38,546 nt of DNA from an uncultured Planctomycetales bacterium (GCA_964464385.1 CAYXFZ010000008.1:1-38546), one strand, 5' to 3'. Counted from the first letter of the stretch, positions 1 through 8,876 are shown. Notes: generated by a model from the letters alone, not told the origin. Numbers and translations: made by a program.

Positions 1-254
1 ATACCCAACCTGAGCAAGAAGGATGGGGCATGGATCAAGCCTTGACTCGTCAAGAGGCCCTTTCCATGCTCACGGAGTGGCCGGCCTTCGCCGCATTTCG
101 CGAACATGATTTGGGCCGCATTGCCCCCGGAATGCATGCGGATTTGGTCGTGCTCAACCGCGATTTGACAACAATTCCACTAGAACAAATCTCGGGGTCG
201 ATTGTCCTCTTCACGATCTTCGCCGGAAACATTGTCTTTCAGGCCGAGTTCTGA
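1..254 (+). CDS. Amidohydrolase-family (metal-dependent hydrolase) protein, C-terminal fragment; the gene starts left of the window
   Basis: The frame is open from the window edge. The tail GMHADLVVLNRDLTTIPLEQI...TIFAGNIVF matches the usual C-terminal pattern of amidohydrolase_3-type enzymes (ADLVVLDRD...V..T.V.G..V). Confidence 0.55.
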   Translation, partial: TQPEQEGWGMDQALTRQEALSMLTEWPAFAAFREHDLGRIAPGMHADLVVLNRDLTTIPLEQISGSIVLFTIFAGNIVFQAEF

Positions 255-1103
255 GCGGATCGCTTTTTCCAGTTGATCGGGACGGAATCCCTGAGGCCCC
301 CGCCCACCGACGAATCCCAATGTTCCATCTTTGGTAATCAGGTAGAGTCGGTCTGGATGGGCGGACCAAGTGGCACTGACCTTATTGTCCAAGAGGTCCA
401 CTACGGTGGGTAGGGTCTTCAAGGACAAGCCAACGGCGCACCGTCCGGCCACGGCCAAGCGTTCTTTCAAAGTCGCAGGCTCCTCAACCAAAGGGGCGCC
501 TCGGCGTGTGTTGGGGGATCGGCCATCCATGGCATGGGCCTCGGCGATGTAAACAAGAAGAAACTGCACACGGTCTCCGTATTCCTCAAAGAGTTTATTC
601 AGCCGACCGGCCGAAGAGCGAAAGGGTGGTCATGTGTATGAACCGAAAATAAGTGCGACGGGTTTTTTGTTGGCAAAAGAAGAAAGTCGAATCGAGGGTC
701 GAGGCTCCTTTCCGATTTTTTTCTTTCCGGTTTGTTTTGCTGCATGAACCAGGATGGGAAGCTTGAAATCCGGGGCGACTTGGCCGACTTGCAGAGCAGG
801 GACTCGCGCGCGGCGGGATAGTTGGGAAGAATCTCGGGATCCTGGTCGTGCCGAGCGACGGCCTCGAGATGGACGACCGAACGAGCTCCAGTCTTCTAGA
901 CTCAAGGTGCCGTCACCGTTTCGATCTAGGTTCCCAAAAGCATCATCCGAGCGGGAGTATTCTTCGCGAGTAATGATTCCGTTGTCATCTGCGTCGTACT
1001 TTTCGGTCAAGTATTCCCAAGGATTCGACGGCGCCGTTTTCTCTCCCGGGGGGAGTGGAGCAGGATCTTGAATGGCAAGACAGAAAAGGAGGGTCATCAG
1101 CAT
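180..1103 (-). CDS. Secreted EF-hand + iodothyronine-deiodinase-like (thioredoxin-fold) selenoprotein; in-frame UGA (Sec) at 630..632
   Basis: ORFs 630..1184 and 180..569 share one frame (1184-569=615). Read-through gives ...KKPVALIFGSYT-U-PPFRSSAGRLNKLFEEYGDRVQFLLVYIAEAHAMDG..., the deiodinase active-site signature. EF-hand loops are DADDNGIITREE and DRNGDGTLSLED. The signal peptide MLMTLLFCLAIQ starts at ATG 1103; the extension to 1184 runs into a terminator hairpin. Confidence 0.8.
598..615 (-). promoter_or_regulatory. Candidate bacterial SECIS hairpin (7-bp stem, GGUC tetraloop), 14 nt downstream of the UGA
   Basis: Minus-strand mRNA: UGA CCACCCUUUCGCUC UUCGGCC-GGUC-GGCUGAA. The stem pairs U-A, U-A, C-G, G.U, G-C, C-G, C-G. 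Loop sequence and spacing resemble the E. coli fdhF SECIS apical hairpin (GCA-GGUC-UGC). Confidence 0.55.
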
Positions 1104-1154
1104 GACGGAAGAAACCCTACTTCTGACCTGAGGTTTCGGGGGGTGATTTGACCC

Positions 1155-1193
1155 CAAAAAAGGAACCGGCCCCCGTGCAAGCACGGGGGCCGG
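1155..1193 (-). terminator. Rho-independent terminator downstream of the 1217..2986 gene
   Basis: Perfect 12-bp stem CCGGCCCCCGTG-CAAG-CACGGGGGCCGG (1166..1193), followed on the minus strand by TTCCTTTTTTG. Confidence 0.65.
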
Positions 1194-1216
1194 TATCTAA
1201 GGGAAAAGGTCAGCCG

Positions 1217-2986
1217 TTACTTGATGGTCAATGCAAGGCTGTTTACGAACAACTGAGCCGTTCCAGCATCAGCACCATGGAACCAAATGTTGACTCCAGA
1301 GGCCCCAGGAGGGACGTTGTTGCTGACGGAAGCATTACCGCTAGCGTCTGCAACGAGCCTGATGAGTTTGTAAGGCGAAGAGACATTCGCATTGCCGTAG
1401 GGGGTACCAATTGGACCACCACCGGCCAGAGAGTAAGCGACGAAGACCGCGCCGCCAGGCGTGCAATTCGTGGTATCTACGGTTGCCGTTGCACCAGCAA
1501 CGAGGTTAGTCACTGCAATCGTCGGTCCCGGAGGAGCGGCACTGTAGATTGAAATGTCATCAATCTGGATGCCGTCCAGGTATCCCATTGGGAAGTTATC
1601 CATCTGAGCAAACAGCAAGTAGAACTGCCCATTGGTATCGACTCCTGAATTAGAGAGGTCGACTCCAGTGACAACTGTCCAGGCCGTCAGGAGAGGTGAC
1701 CAAGGTCCATAGACCATGGTCCAGTTCACTCCATCAGAGCTGACCCAAATGCCGTCCCATGTATGGGTTTCTTCACCATGATCAACGATGCCGAAATCCA
1801 AGAGCAAGTCACCAGCACCGGTTCCGTCTAGACCCATGATGAGGCCAGAGCGGTTCGAGAAGCCAGTTGGGCCCAAGGGATCTCCGCCCATTTCTAGGCA
1901 GTAGGCACCCGAGCCGCTTCCGGCCCAGATTCCCGCGCCAGAACCAGTTTCCTGGCCACAAGCACCTTGCTGGCCAATGTTGCACCAGGCACCTGCATCT
2001 GGAAGACCAGTTATGTCAGACAAGGCGTTGGCGCCCATGTGCGAAGGAACCACACCGGCGTGACCATCAAAGTTCTCGTTATGAACTGCGGGAATGAAGA
2101 CAGTTGGCAGTTCAGGCCAAAGCGGAGGTGGCGGTGGGGGTGCACCAACGGTGTCATAGACAGCAATTGAGTCTGGCGCCGTTTGATGCAACATCACCAT
2201 GGAGAGACCATTGGCGTTGAGAGGATCGTTGTAGACATCTGCTCCACCAGGGGAGCCACCGAGAGCGGTGAAAAAGCCAACTCCAGTGCCCAGTCCAGTT
2301 GCGGGGTCCATTTCAGTAGCCGAACCACCTGAGTCCGAGCACCAAATGGTGCCCTTATTGGAATCGTAACCCATTCCGTAGCTAGAAATAGCGGAATTGG
2401 GAAACACATTGATTACAGCACCCGTAGCCATGTCGAACTCGTAGGTTGAGCTAGTGAAAGACTTCGTGAAGAAGTTTCCAGTTGCTGTGTTCTGGCACAA
2501 GGCACGAACCGTTCCAACGACGGCAGTTGTCACCGTTGAGGCATGGGTCAATCCACCCGTGACCGGGTCGTAAGTTTGGACTTCTACAAGGCCGCTATCG
2601 TTGCCAATCCAGAGTGTATTGGCATTATCATCGGCCTCCATGTCTCGGCCTCCCCACCCACTGAGTGGAGTGAGTTGTGGGTAACTAGCAAGATAAGCAC
2701 CTTTTTTATCGTACTTATGAATCATGAAGTTATCGCCTACCGAGGAATGACCACGGCCACTGACCCAGTAATGACCAAAAGCTTCTTCGACACCGAGGCA
2801 CCGGTTGTCGTAGGGACCAGCTTCAACATCAAAGGGGCCAGCGATCAAATCTCCCAATCCGCGAGTACCAGCACCCATGGTGGGCAGGACTCGACCATCG
2901 GGATCAATGTCGTTGTTTTGAGCGGGCATGGCGACGGTAAGGCTCGCCAAAGTGAAAAGCAGAATTAAACTTTTTCCTAAAGTCAT
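1217..2986 (-). CDS. Secreted protein (beta-propeller-like N-terminal region, PPPPPP linker, jelly-roll-like domain) with the shared ~100-aa C-terminal domain
   Basis: Signal peptide MTLGKSLILLFTLASLTVAMPAQ from ATG 2986. C-terminus: TIAVTNLVAGATATVDTTNCTPGG..YSLAGGGPIGTPYG..SSPYK..DASGNAS..VPPGASGVNIWFHGADAG..NSLALTIK. The TTG-initiated extension to 3055 only translates the C-rich repeat. Confidence 0.8.
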   Translation of the reverse strand: MTLGKSLILLFTLASLTVAMPAQNNDIDPDGRVLPTMGAGTRGLGDLIAGPFDVEAGPYDNRCLGVEEAFGHYWVSGRGHSSVGDNFMIHKYDKKGAYLASYPQLTPLSGWGGRDMEADDNANTLWIGNDSGLVEVQTYDPVTGGLTHASTVTTAVVGTVRALCQNTATGNFFTKSFTSSTYEFDMATGAVINVFPNSAISSYGMGYDSNKGTIWCSDSGGSATEMDPATGLGTGVGFFTALGGSPGGADVYNDPLNANGLSMVMLHQTAPDSIAVYDTVGAPPPPPPLWPELPTVFIPAVHNENFDGHAGVVPSHMGANALSDITGLPDAGAWCNIGQQGACGQETGSGAGIWAGSGSGAYCLEMGGDPLGPTGFSNRSGLIMGLDGTGAGDLLLDFGIVDHGEETHTWDGIWVSSDGVNWTMVYGPWSPLLTAWTVVTGVDLSNSGVDTNGQFYLLFAQMDNFPMGYLDGIQIDDISIYSAAPPGPTIAVTNLVAGATATVDTTNCTPGGAVFVAYSLAGGGPIGTPYGNANVSSPYKLIRLVADASGNASVSNNVPPGASGVNIWFHGADAGTAQLFVNSLALTIK

Positions 2987-2995
2987 GGGGCTGGT

Positions 2996-3038
2996 GGGGA
3001 AGGGGGAAGGGGGAAGGGGGAAGGGGGAAGGGGGCGGG
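2996..3038. repeat. Heptanucleotide tandem repeat (AAGGGGG)x5 flanked by extra G-runs; G-quadruplex-capable on the + strand, C-rich leader on the coding strand
   Basis: G-runs at 2996-2999, 3002-3006, 3009-3013, 3016-3020, 3023-3027, 3030-3034 and 3036-3038, spaced by AA. The array ends 10 nt upstream of ATG 2986. Confidence 0.9.
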
Positions 3039-3276
3039 TAAGAACCCAGCCACAAATTCCAAGATATTCCTTTTTGTTCAGCCTGGGGTTAGAAATTGCT
3101 TATTTCTGGGGATTAACGTTCTCTAGATGCACTTAAGCGGTGTTTTTAGGCTCAGAATCACCAAATTGGCAACTTTGCCTACATGTCTTGGTTCGAAAAG
3201 CAACTCATTTTGAGGACTTCACTTTCGCCTGAATTGTCCTTTTTGGGTAAGGAAAGGGTCATTTTCTGATGCTGCA

Positions 3277-4161
3277 TTAGGGTTTTTCCTTACAGATGGA
3301 GCCCGCGAACACCTTCAGAATTTCCAATTGCTCGGACGGAGTGTGATCTGGCGAGGACATGACCGACCTTGCGACCACTTGCGGCCAGGGCGAGGGACCC
3401 AGGGCCGCAAGTCGAGGTACGGAGGCTGCAACCAAGCTGAGTACGTTCTTGGCGTTGGCTCGAGCCGTGGCCACAACCGTTGCGACATCCACGTCGTCGT
3501 GGTCGGGATACCAGCAGTCGTAATCCGTCACCATGGCGATGCAACACCAACTCATACCAGCCTCGCGAGCAAGTTTGCTCTCGGTGCCATTGGTCATGCC
3601 AACGATTTTTGCCCCCCAGGATCGAAAGAGTTCCGACTCCGCCTTGGAGGAAAATTGAGGTCCTTCGATGCAAACATAGGTGCCGCCAGCATGGGCCTCC
3701 ACGCCGACTTCTTGGGCGGCGGCGGAAACGGCCATCACCATGTCCGGGCAGACAGGATGAGCCCAGGGCATATGGGCCACCAAGCCATCCCCGAAAAAAG
3801 TTTGAATGCGGCGATGGGTTCGATCTATGAACTGATCCACCAATACAAAATCCCCCGGGGCATATTCTTCGCAAAGAGAGCCAACCGCACTCACGGAGAG
3901 GAGACGCTGGACGCCAAGCTCTCTTAGGGCGAAGATATTGGCTCGGTAGGGGACCTCCGTTGGAGTCAAAGTGTGGTGTCGGCCATGGCGGGGCAAAAAT
4001 GCGACCGGAATTCCATTCAACTTCCCACAACGAAGGACATCCGAGGGGCGACCGAAAGGTGTGTCCAACTCGAGGTTTTGGACATCCGAGAGGCCATCGA
4101 GTTCATAGATTCCACTGCCCCCAATGACGCCCACGAGGATGGGGTCTCGACCTGTAGTCAC
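3277..4161 (-). CDS. mtnP: S-methyl-5'-thioadenosine phosphorylase
   Basis: ILVGVIGGSGIYELDGL...TPFGRPSD...FLPRHGRHH...YRANIFALRELGV...GMTNGTESKLAREAG..MVTDYDCW matches the MTAP/PNP family. The GTG start at 4161 overlaps the upstream stop (GTGA). Confidence 0.9.
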   Translation of the reverse strand: MTTGRDPILVGVIGGSGIYELDGLSDVQNLELDTPFGRPSDVLRCGKLNGIPVAFLPRHGRHHTLTPTEVPYRANIFALRELGVQRLLSVSAVGSLCEEYAPGDFVLVDQFIDRTHRRIQTFFGDGLVAHMPWAHPVCPDMVMAVSAAAQEVGVEAHAGGTYVCIEGPQFSSKAESELFRSWGAKIVGMTNGTESKLAREAGMSWCCIAMVTDYDCWYPDHDDVDVATVVATARANAKNVLSLVAASVPRLAALGPSPWPQVVARSVMSSPDHTPSEQLEILKVFAGSICKEKP

Positions 4162-5588
4162 TGGATCCGCAGGCGATAGACGCCATCGTCGTCCGAAAGG
4201 GGCGTGGTCACGTTTGTGTCTGACCAGCGGATGGTTGCGAAAGCGGCGCTCATGTCGGCATTAAAGACAATGAGGTTTGCGTTTGCCTCGCTGTAGCCCA
4301 AAGTGGGCGAGAAATCCAGGCCCGAATCCCAAGATTTCATCCAGCCCGACTTGCCGGAATCCAAGGATCCATACACCTTGGTGTTGTTGCTTGCAGGGTC
4401 ACCCGCATCCGAGCGAAGGGATCCGACCATGCAGGCTTGAAAGGCGGGGCCAGAACCAATACCCACGGCCCCGGCAGGTGTGGCATCCACAATCTTGAGA
4501 GTCAATGCAGAATTGGACGCAGGATCCGTCCAATTGGCGATGTAGGGAAGATCAGCGTTGCGTGCAGTCCAGGAACCATTTTTGGTAAAAAAGATTCCTT
4601 TGCTGCGATTGTTGACTTGAACGTTGGTGGCAAGATCAATGTCGAAGGTCAGGCCCGTGTGGGAGGCCCAGACGGCGGCCTTGGGACCCGTAGCAGCCAT
4701 GAGAATCATGGTTGAGGAAGAAACTCGAACGGTACTGGTGCCCAGGCTGTTGGACTGGTTGATTTGCGTGGGCAGTCCGGAGTTGGCCTTTTGGAAGGTA
4801 CCAGCCCCGGAGCTTGCACTGAAATAAACTTGGCCAGAAGACGTGGCCTTTTTGCTTCCAAACAAGATCACAGTGTTGATGTGGACATCAAGCATGCCCA
4901 GCAAAACATAATTCGGAGACTGTGGCAGGACAACAATGCTTGCGGCAACACCCGTGCGTGATTTGCCATCGGAAGTGCTGTCATAACGTGGCGGAAGTCC
5001 CGAGTTGTTGCTGGTCCAGCTCTGTCCTCCATCCAGCGAAAAGAAAAAACCAGGATGGTTGGGAGAAGGGTTCAAGAGATCGAAACCCGCGGTTTGGGCC
5101 ACACTGAGATAAATGCGGTTGGCATTCCCGGGATCCATGGCCACGGCCACTGCGCCCCAGTTGGCGTTGGGGAAACCAAGGCCGTTGTGGATTGGTGACC
5201 AGGAGGACCCCCCATCCGTGGAACGGAACACGCCATCTTCTTTTGTGCCAACTACCAAAGTGTTGGGCGAGGATTGACAAATGGCAATATCCATGATCTC
5301 GGCGTCGCCAGCCAGGGAGGCATCGCTCAATTGGGACCAAGTATTTCCAGCATCACGAGTGACCCAGAGCCCATCCCCGGGTCCGGGAGTCCCGGTGACG
5401 GGATCCAGAGAGGAAACTGTGCACAAATAGAGGGTGCTGGGGTCGGTCGGATGCGCGATCATGCGCCCAAGATTGCTCTGCAGAACCGTGCCATTCAGGG
5501 GCGTGGCTTCCCACTGGTAACCACGCTCCTGAGCAGGAGCGATTGGGGAGGCAAGAGAAACGGCGAGGAGGAAGGTGATGCAAACCAT
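4158..5588 (-). CDS. Secreted BNR/Asp-box repeat beta-propeller protein
   Basis: Signal peptide MVCITFLLAVSLASPIAPAQE from ATG 5588. Asp-boxes: TRDAGNTWS, STDGGSSWS, SLDGGQSWT. The ORF extension to 5738 would overlap eda. Confidence 0.8.
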   Translation of the reverse strand: MVCITFLLAVSLASPIAPAQERGYQWEATPLNGTVLQSNLGRMIAHPTDPSTLYLCTVSSLDPVTGTPGPGDGLWVTRDAGNTWSQLSDASLAGDAEIMDIAICQSSPNTLVVGTKEDGVFRSTDGGSSWSPIHNGLGFPNANWGAVAVAMDPGNANRIYLSVAQTAGFDLLNPSPNHPGFFFSLDGGQSWTSNNSGLPPRYDSTSDGKSRTGVAASIVVLPQSPNYVLLGMLDVHINTVILFGSKKATSSGQVYFSASSGAGTFQKANSGLPTQINQSNSLGTSTVRVSSSTMILMAATGPKAAVWASHTGLTFDIDLATNVQVNNRSKGIFFTKNGSWTARNADLPYIANWTDPASNSALTLKIVDATPAGAVGIGSGPAFQACMVGSLRSDAGDPASNNTKVYGSLDSGKSGWMKSWDSGLDFSPTLGYSEANANLIVFNADMSAAFATIRWSDTNVTTPLSDDDGVYRLRIQ

Positions 5589-5619
5589 GGTGTGTGGTTC
5601 CGAATTAGACCCTGCCAGT

Positions 5620-6255
5620 TTAACCTGCATTGGCCAATACTTGTTGAATGCGCTTGGACCGCGCTTCGATGGCGAGGAAGTTCCCACTGGCCATTTCTTC
5701 AGGGCGGAACAGGCTGGCGACAAAGCCGACCCCGGCAACTCCGAGCTTTAGCACTTCCTCAAAATTGTCTTCGTCCACTCCTGCAGTGGGAAATACCCGA
5801 AGGTCCGGGAGAGGGCCGCGCAGGGCAGTCAGAAAATCCAACAAATTCCCCGGAGAAGGAAATAATTTGACAAGGTCTGCGCCGCCGCGCCGAGCAACCA
5901 CCATTTCGGTAGGAGTGGAAGTTCCCGGGATGGAAGCAAGGTCCAATTCTCTGGCGAGGGAGACAATTTCGGAATCGAATACCGGCGACACAAGAAACCG
6001 AGCTCCAGCATAGGCGGCCTCACGAGCTTGTTCCGGTGTCATTACGGTACCGGCGCCCACACAAAGATTTTTGTTTGCCGCGAACTCGCGAATTAAATCC
6101 ATGGCACTTGGAATCGTGAGGGTGAATTCAATGACGGTAAACCCTCCTTGGACTGCAGCGCGCATGGCATGGCGGGCGTTGTCTGTGTCATCCGTCCGAA
6201 GAATGGCGCTGGCGCGAGCAGCGAGGATTTTCTGGACGGTGGTTTCTCGAGACAT
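5620..6255 (-). CDS. eda: 2-dehydro-3-deoxyphosphogluconate / 4-hydroxy-2-oxoglutarate aldolase
   Basis: ILRTDD...GGFTVIEFTLTIP...VGAGTVMTPEQA..A..AGARFLVSP...IPG..TPTE......GADLVKLFP matches the KDPG aldolase family pattern, ~210 aa. Confidence 0.85.
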   Translation of the reverse strand: MSRETTVQKILAARASAILRTDDTDNARHAMRAAVQGGFTVIEFTLTIPSAMDLIREFAANKNLCVGAGTVMTPEQAREAAYAGARFLVSPVFDSEIVSLARELDLASIPGTSTPTEMVVARRGGADLVKLFPSPGNLLDFLTALRGPLPDLRVFPTAGVDEDNFEEVLKLGVAGVGFVASLFRPEEMASGNFLAIEARSKRIQQVLANAG

Positions 6256-6288
6256 GGGAGCAGAATAAGGGCGCCCATGCCTCGAGTT

Positions 6289-8802
6289 TCAACCCACGAC
6301 CTCAGCCAATGGGTTGGATAAGGTGCCGGACCTCAAATCGAGTGCCTGGATCCAGATTTGGATCCCGGTCGCTCCGGCCGGAACGGCCAGAGGAAGGTTT
6401 GCCGTACCCACCGGATCCGAAACAACAGCAGGGAGATTGATAAACGGATTGGAAAGAGAGACCAGTCCCCAAGGAGTCGTTGTGGGGCCGGGGCCCGTGA
6501 ACGAACAGGCAAAGTAGGCCTTCTGGCTTGGAGTGAAATAGGTGGCGGACAAGAGGGCCTGTCCACCTGCAACAAGATTCCGTATGACAATGGAGGGCTG
6601 ATGCCACTCGGCCAAGGCGCGATACTTCGGAGCCTCGGCATAGGGTTGGTTTTGGTATTCCAGAACACCCCAAGAACCAAAGCGATTCCAAGCCTCCACA
6701 TAAGAAAAATTGTTGAATACCCCAACCCGTTCCGAGTGGAGCATATCCAGATAACGGGTGTACGTGTCCTTCATGCGAAGATCTCGATTGGCAGCCTGCA
6801 TAAGACCCATCAGGGTTGCATCGGCCTCGGCCCCTTCAATGGCATGGAAGTGCTGCCCTCCCTCGTAACAAACCAATTGGGCCCCTTGCGCTCGAGCAAT
6901 GTCCGTTTGCCAGATGATTTGGTTGCGGAGCTCGGCGATGGCATTTGCAGCAACGACATCCAACATGTCATCTACGGTTGGATAACTGGGCGCAATGGGG
7001 GGGATGTCTTCAGGGGAATAACTTCTGCCAAAATACGGGGCTATGGCGACCACGTCCGGCATCAGATAATTCGGGTTGATAGTCGGATCATTCAAGTATT
7101 GGAAACGAAGACCAGTGATGGAGAGCATGGAGGCTCGACCACCCATGACCTTGACAATACGAGTCGGATCGTTGTTGAATATCTCCAAGAAAAAACTCCA
7201 TGCTTGCGTGGAACGCAAAACATGATAAGCATTTCCTGCTTGCCAGTAGTCATCGCTGAGCCCCAAGGAAAATCCCGTATTTTGCACATAGGCGGCCTGG
7301 TCAAAAGTGTTGTTCCAGGTCTCATTGGAATACTCGACATATACCTTCGAGTATTGATTCATCGTAGTTTTGATCAAAGTCGCCATTTGACGAATGAAAT
7401 CGTCATCAGCTTGGTGAGGAATATTGATCCACAGATCCACCTTCATTTCGTTCACCAAGGAGATCACATGCTCCAAGGCGACGCCTTCAACTCCAGTTTG
7501 GGTGTAGGTGTCTGGCGTGGTTCGATCACTCCAGGAGACGACCGGCGAGTTCGAGGTCTTGGACCAACCAGTAAAGCGGATATGTTCAAAGGGGCGCAGG
7601 CGCTCGGTGAACTTGGGGTGGAAGAACAGGGTTTGATAGGTGTTGTCAAATCCTGGGCGCACCACCGAAATCTTGCGAATTGGATCCAAAACAGCCGAAC
7701 GAAGAATCTCGACGGCAATGGAGCCCTCTTCACCGCTAGGAATGACAAAGGTGCTGCTGAACGCGCCGCCTGTTGGGGAGTATTCGGTCGATGTGGCGTC
7801 TGCGATGATGCGCACTTCTCCTGTGCCTTCCATATGCACGGTGTAGGTGCCAAAGTCGGGAGCAGGCATGAGGGTGTGTGCAAAATGATCATTGCCGTCA
7901 GAGGCCAGAAAGGGGAGACCAGTCGGCCAACCATTTCCGTCCACGGACATTTCGGAAGCCATGCCGCTGTTCCAAACGGATTGGTTATTGACGTCTCGAG
8001 TGGACCAAGTGCGAGCAGTCTTGAACACATCCACGAAGGCCCAAGAAGTGGACCAGTCTTGAACTCCGGCCAAGTTCATGCCCAGGCTCATGTCGGGGGA
8101 GGGCAAGGAGTCAAAGTTCCCGGTAATTCGCATGTCCTGGTTGACCGTGATGGTGCGCGGATTCCCCAAGCCTGTCACATCCCCGGACCAACCCTGGAAA
8201 ATATTGTTGGGGTTGGGGCTTGCAAGTATCTGAATGTCGGTTCCTGCCTCAAACCAGGAACCGCTTGGAAATGTATTCACTGTGCCTCCCGAAAAAACCC
8301 GCAATTGAACATTGAACAGAGGGCCAGGTTGAGAAAGCAGGTGATTGGAAAGGCTAGTCAGGGAGGAATGGAGAATGTTGGCGCCGAAAACATAGGCGCG
8401 GAATTGGACGGATCCCGAAAGGGGGCCAAATCCCTGTGGGGGGACAATGAAGGAGACGGTGGGGCGGCCACTCGTGGTAGGCGCCAACTGGGTAGAAAAA
8501 ATGGCGTTTGCTGGAGAAAAGCCACCCACATCCGAAAAGATCACCAAATCCAGGGGATCTACCGAATCCGTTCCCATTTCGAAGCTGATTTTCTGTCCCC
8601 CTAGGTCGAAAGGCTTGCGCAGAGAATCCACCCGGAAGGAAAAATAACTCCCTTGGGCCAGGGCTTCCTCAAGATTGGGGGGCAAGGCCGAGTTTTCCTG
8701 CAATCCAGGCCCAGTGAGGCCAGGAGCAATCTGCAACCCTCCCGCGCCCTGGGCAGGGGCAGAAAAGGACGACAGGAGGATCAGAACGGCAACGAGAGGC
8801 AT
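6289..8802 (-). CDS. Secreted multidomain protein: N-terminal domain, InlB-B-repeat-like module, TIM-barrel glycoside-hydrolase-like domain, shared C-terminal domain
   Basis: Signal peptide MPLVAVLILLSSFSAPAQG from ATG 8802. NIFQGWSGDVTGLGNPRTITVNQDMRITGNF resembles a divergent InlB B-repeat. VYVEYSNETWN and LVCYEGGQH look like clan GH-A acid/base and nucleophile motifs (inference). C-terminus: IRNLVAGG...FTGPGPTTTPWG...VPAGATGIQIWIQALD...LSNPLAEVVG. Confidence 0.75.
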   Translation of the reverse strand: MPLVAVLILLSSFSAPAQGAGGLQIAPGLTGPGLQENSALPPNLEEALAQGSYFSFRVDSLRKPFDLGGQKISFEMGTDSVDPLDLVIFSDVGGFSPANAIFSTQLAPTTSGRPTVSFIVPPQGFGPLSGSVQFRAYVFGANILHSSLTSLSNHLLSQPGPLFNVQLRVFSGGTVNTFPSGSWFEAGTDIQILASPNPNNIFQGWSGDVTGLGNPRTITVNQDMRITGNFDSLPSPDMSLGMNLAGVQDWSTSWAFVDVFKTARTWSTRDVNNQSVWNSGMASEMSVDGNGWPTGLPFLASDGNDHFAHTLMPAPDFGTYTVHMEGTGEVRIIADATSTEYSPTGGAFSSTFVIPSGEEGSIAVEILRSAVLDPIRKISVVRPGFDNTYQTLFFHPKFTERLRPFEHIRFTGWSKTSNSPVVSWSDRTTPDTYTQTGVEGVALEHVISLVNEMKVDLWINIPHQADDDFIRQMATLIKTTMNQYSKVYVEYSNETWNNTFDQAAYVQNTGFSLGLSDDYWQAGNAYHVLRSTQAWSFFLEIFNNDPTRIVKVMGGRASMLSITGLRFQYLNDPTINPNYLMPDVVAIAPYFGRSYSPEDIPPIAPSYPTVDDMLDVVAANAIAELRNQIIWQTDIARAQGAQLVCYEGGQHFHAIEGAEADATLMGLMQAANRDLRMKDTYTRYLDMLHSERVGVFNNFSYVEAWNRFGSWGVLEYQNQPYAEAPKYRALAEWHQPSIVIRNLVAGGQALLSATYFTPSQKAYFACSFTGPGPTTTPWGLVSLSNPFINLPAVVSDPVGTANLPLAVPAGATGIQIWIQALDLRSGTLSNPLAEVVG

Positions 8803-8876
8803 GGCAGAATTCCGCTGGAATCTTACCATCGGAATTAGGATCTTGGGGGAGAGTTGGTACCGCCCAAACAAAGAAT

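Noticed and set aside
2987-3055. N-terminal extension MWLGSYPPPSPFPLPPSPFPTSP of ORF 1217..3055 as a real proline-rich leader
   Set aside because: It is a TTG-initiated translation of the (TTCCCCC)n repeat, which has no stop in any frame. A canonical signal peptide begins at the internal ATG 2986. I kept it only as an alternative under the repeat finding.
6358-8604. 748-aa + strand ORF, the longest unexplained ORF in the track
   Set aside because: It is entirely antisense to the 6289..8802 gene, which has a signal peptide, recognisable domains and the shared CTD. The translation is Arg/Gly-rich and low-complexity with no motif I recognise. It is a typical high-GC shadow ORF.
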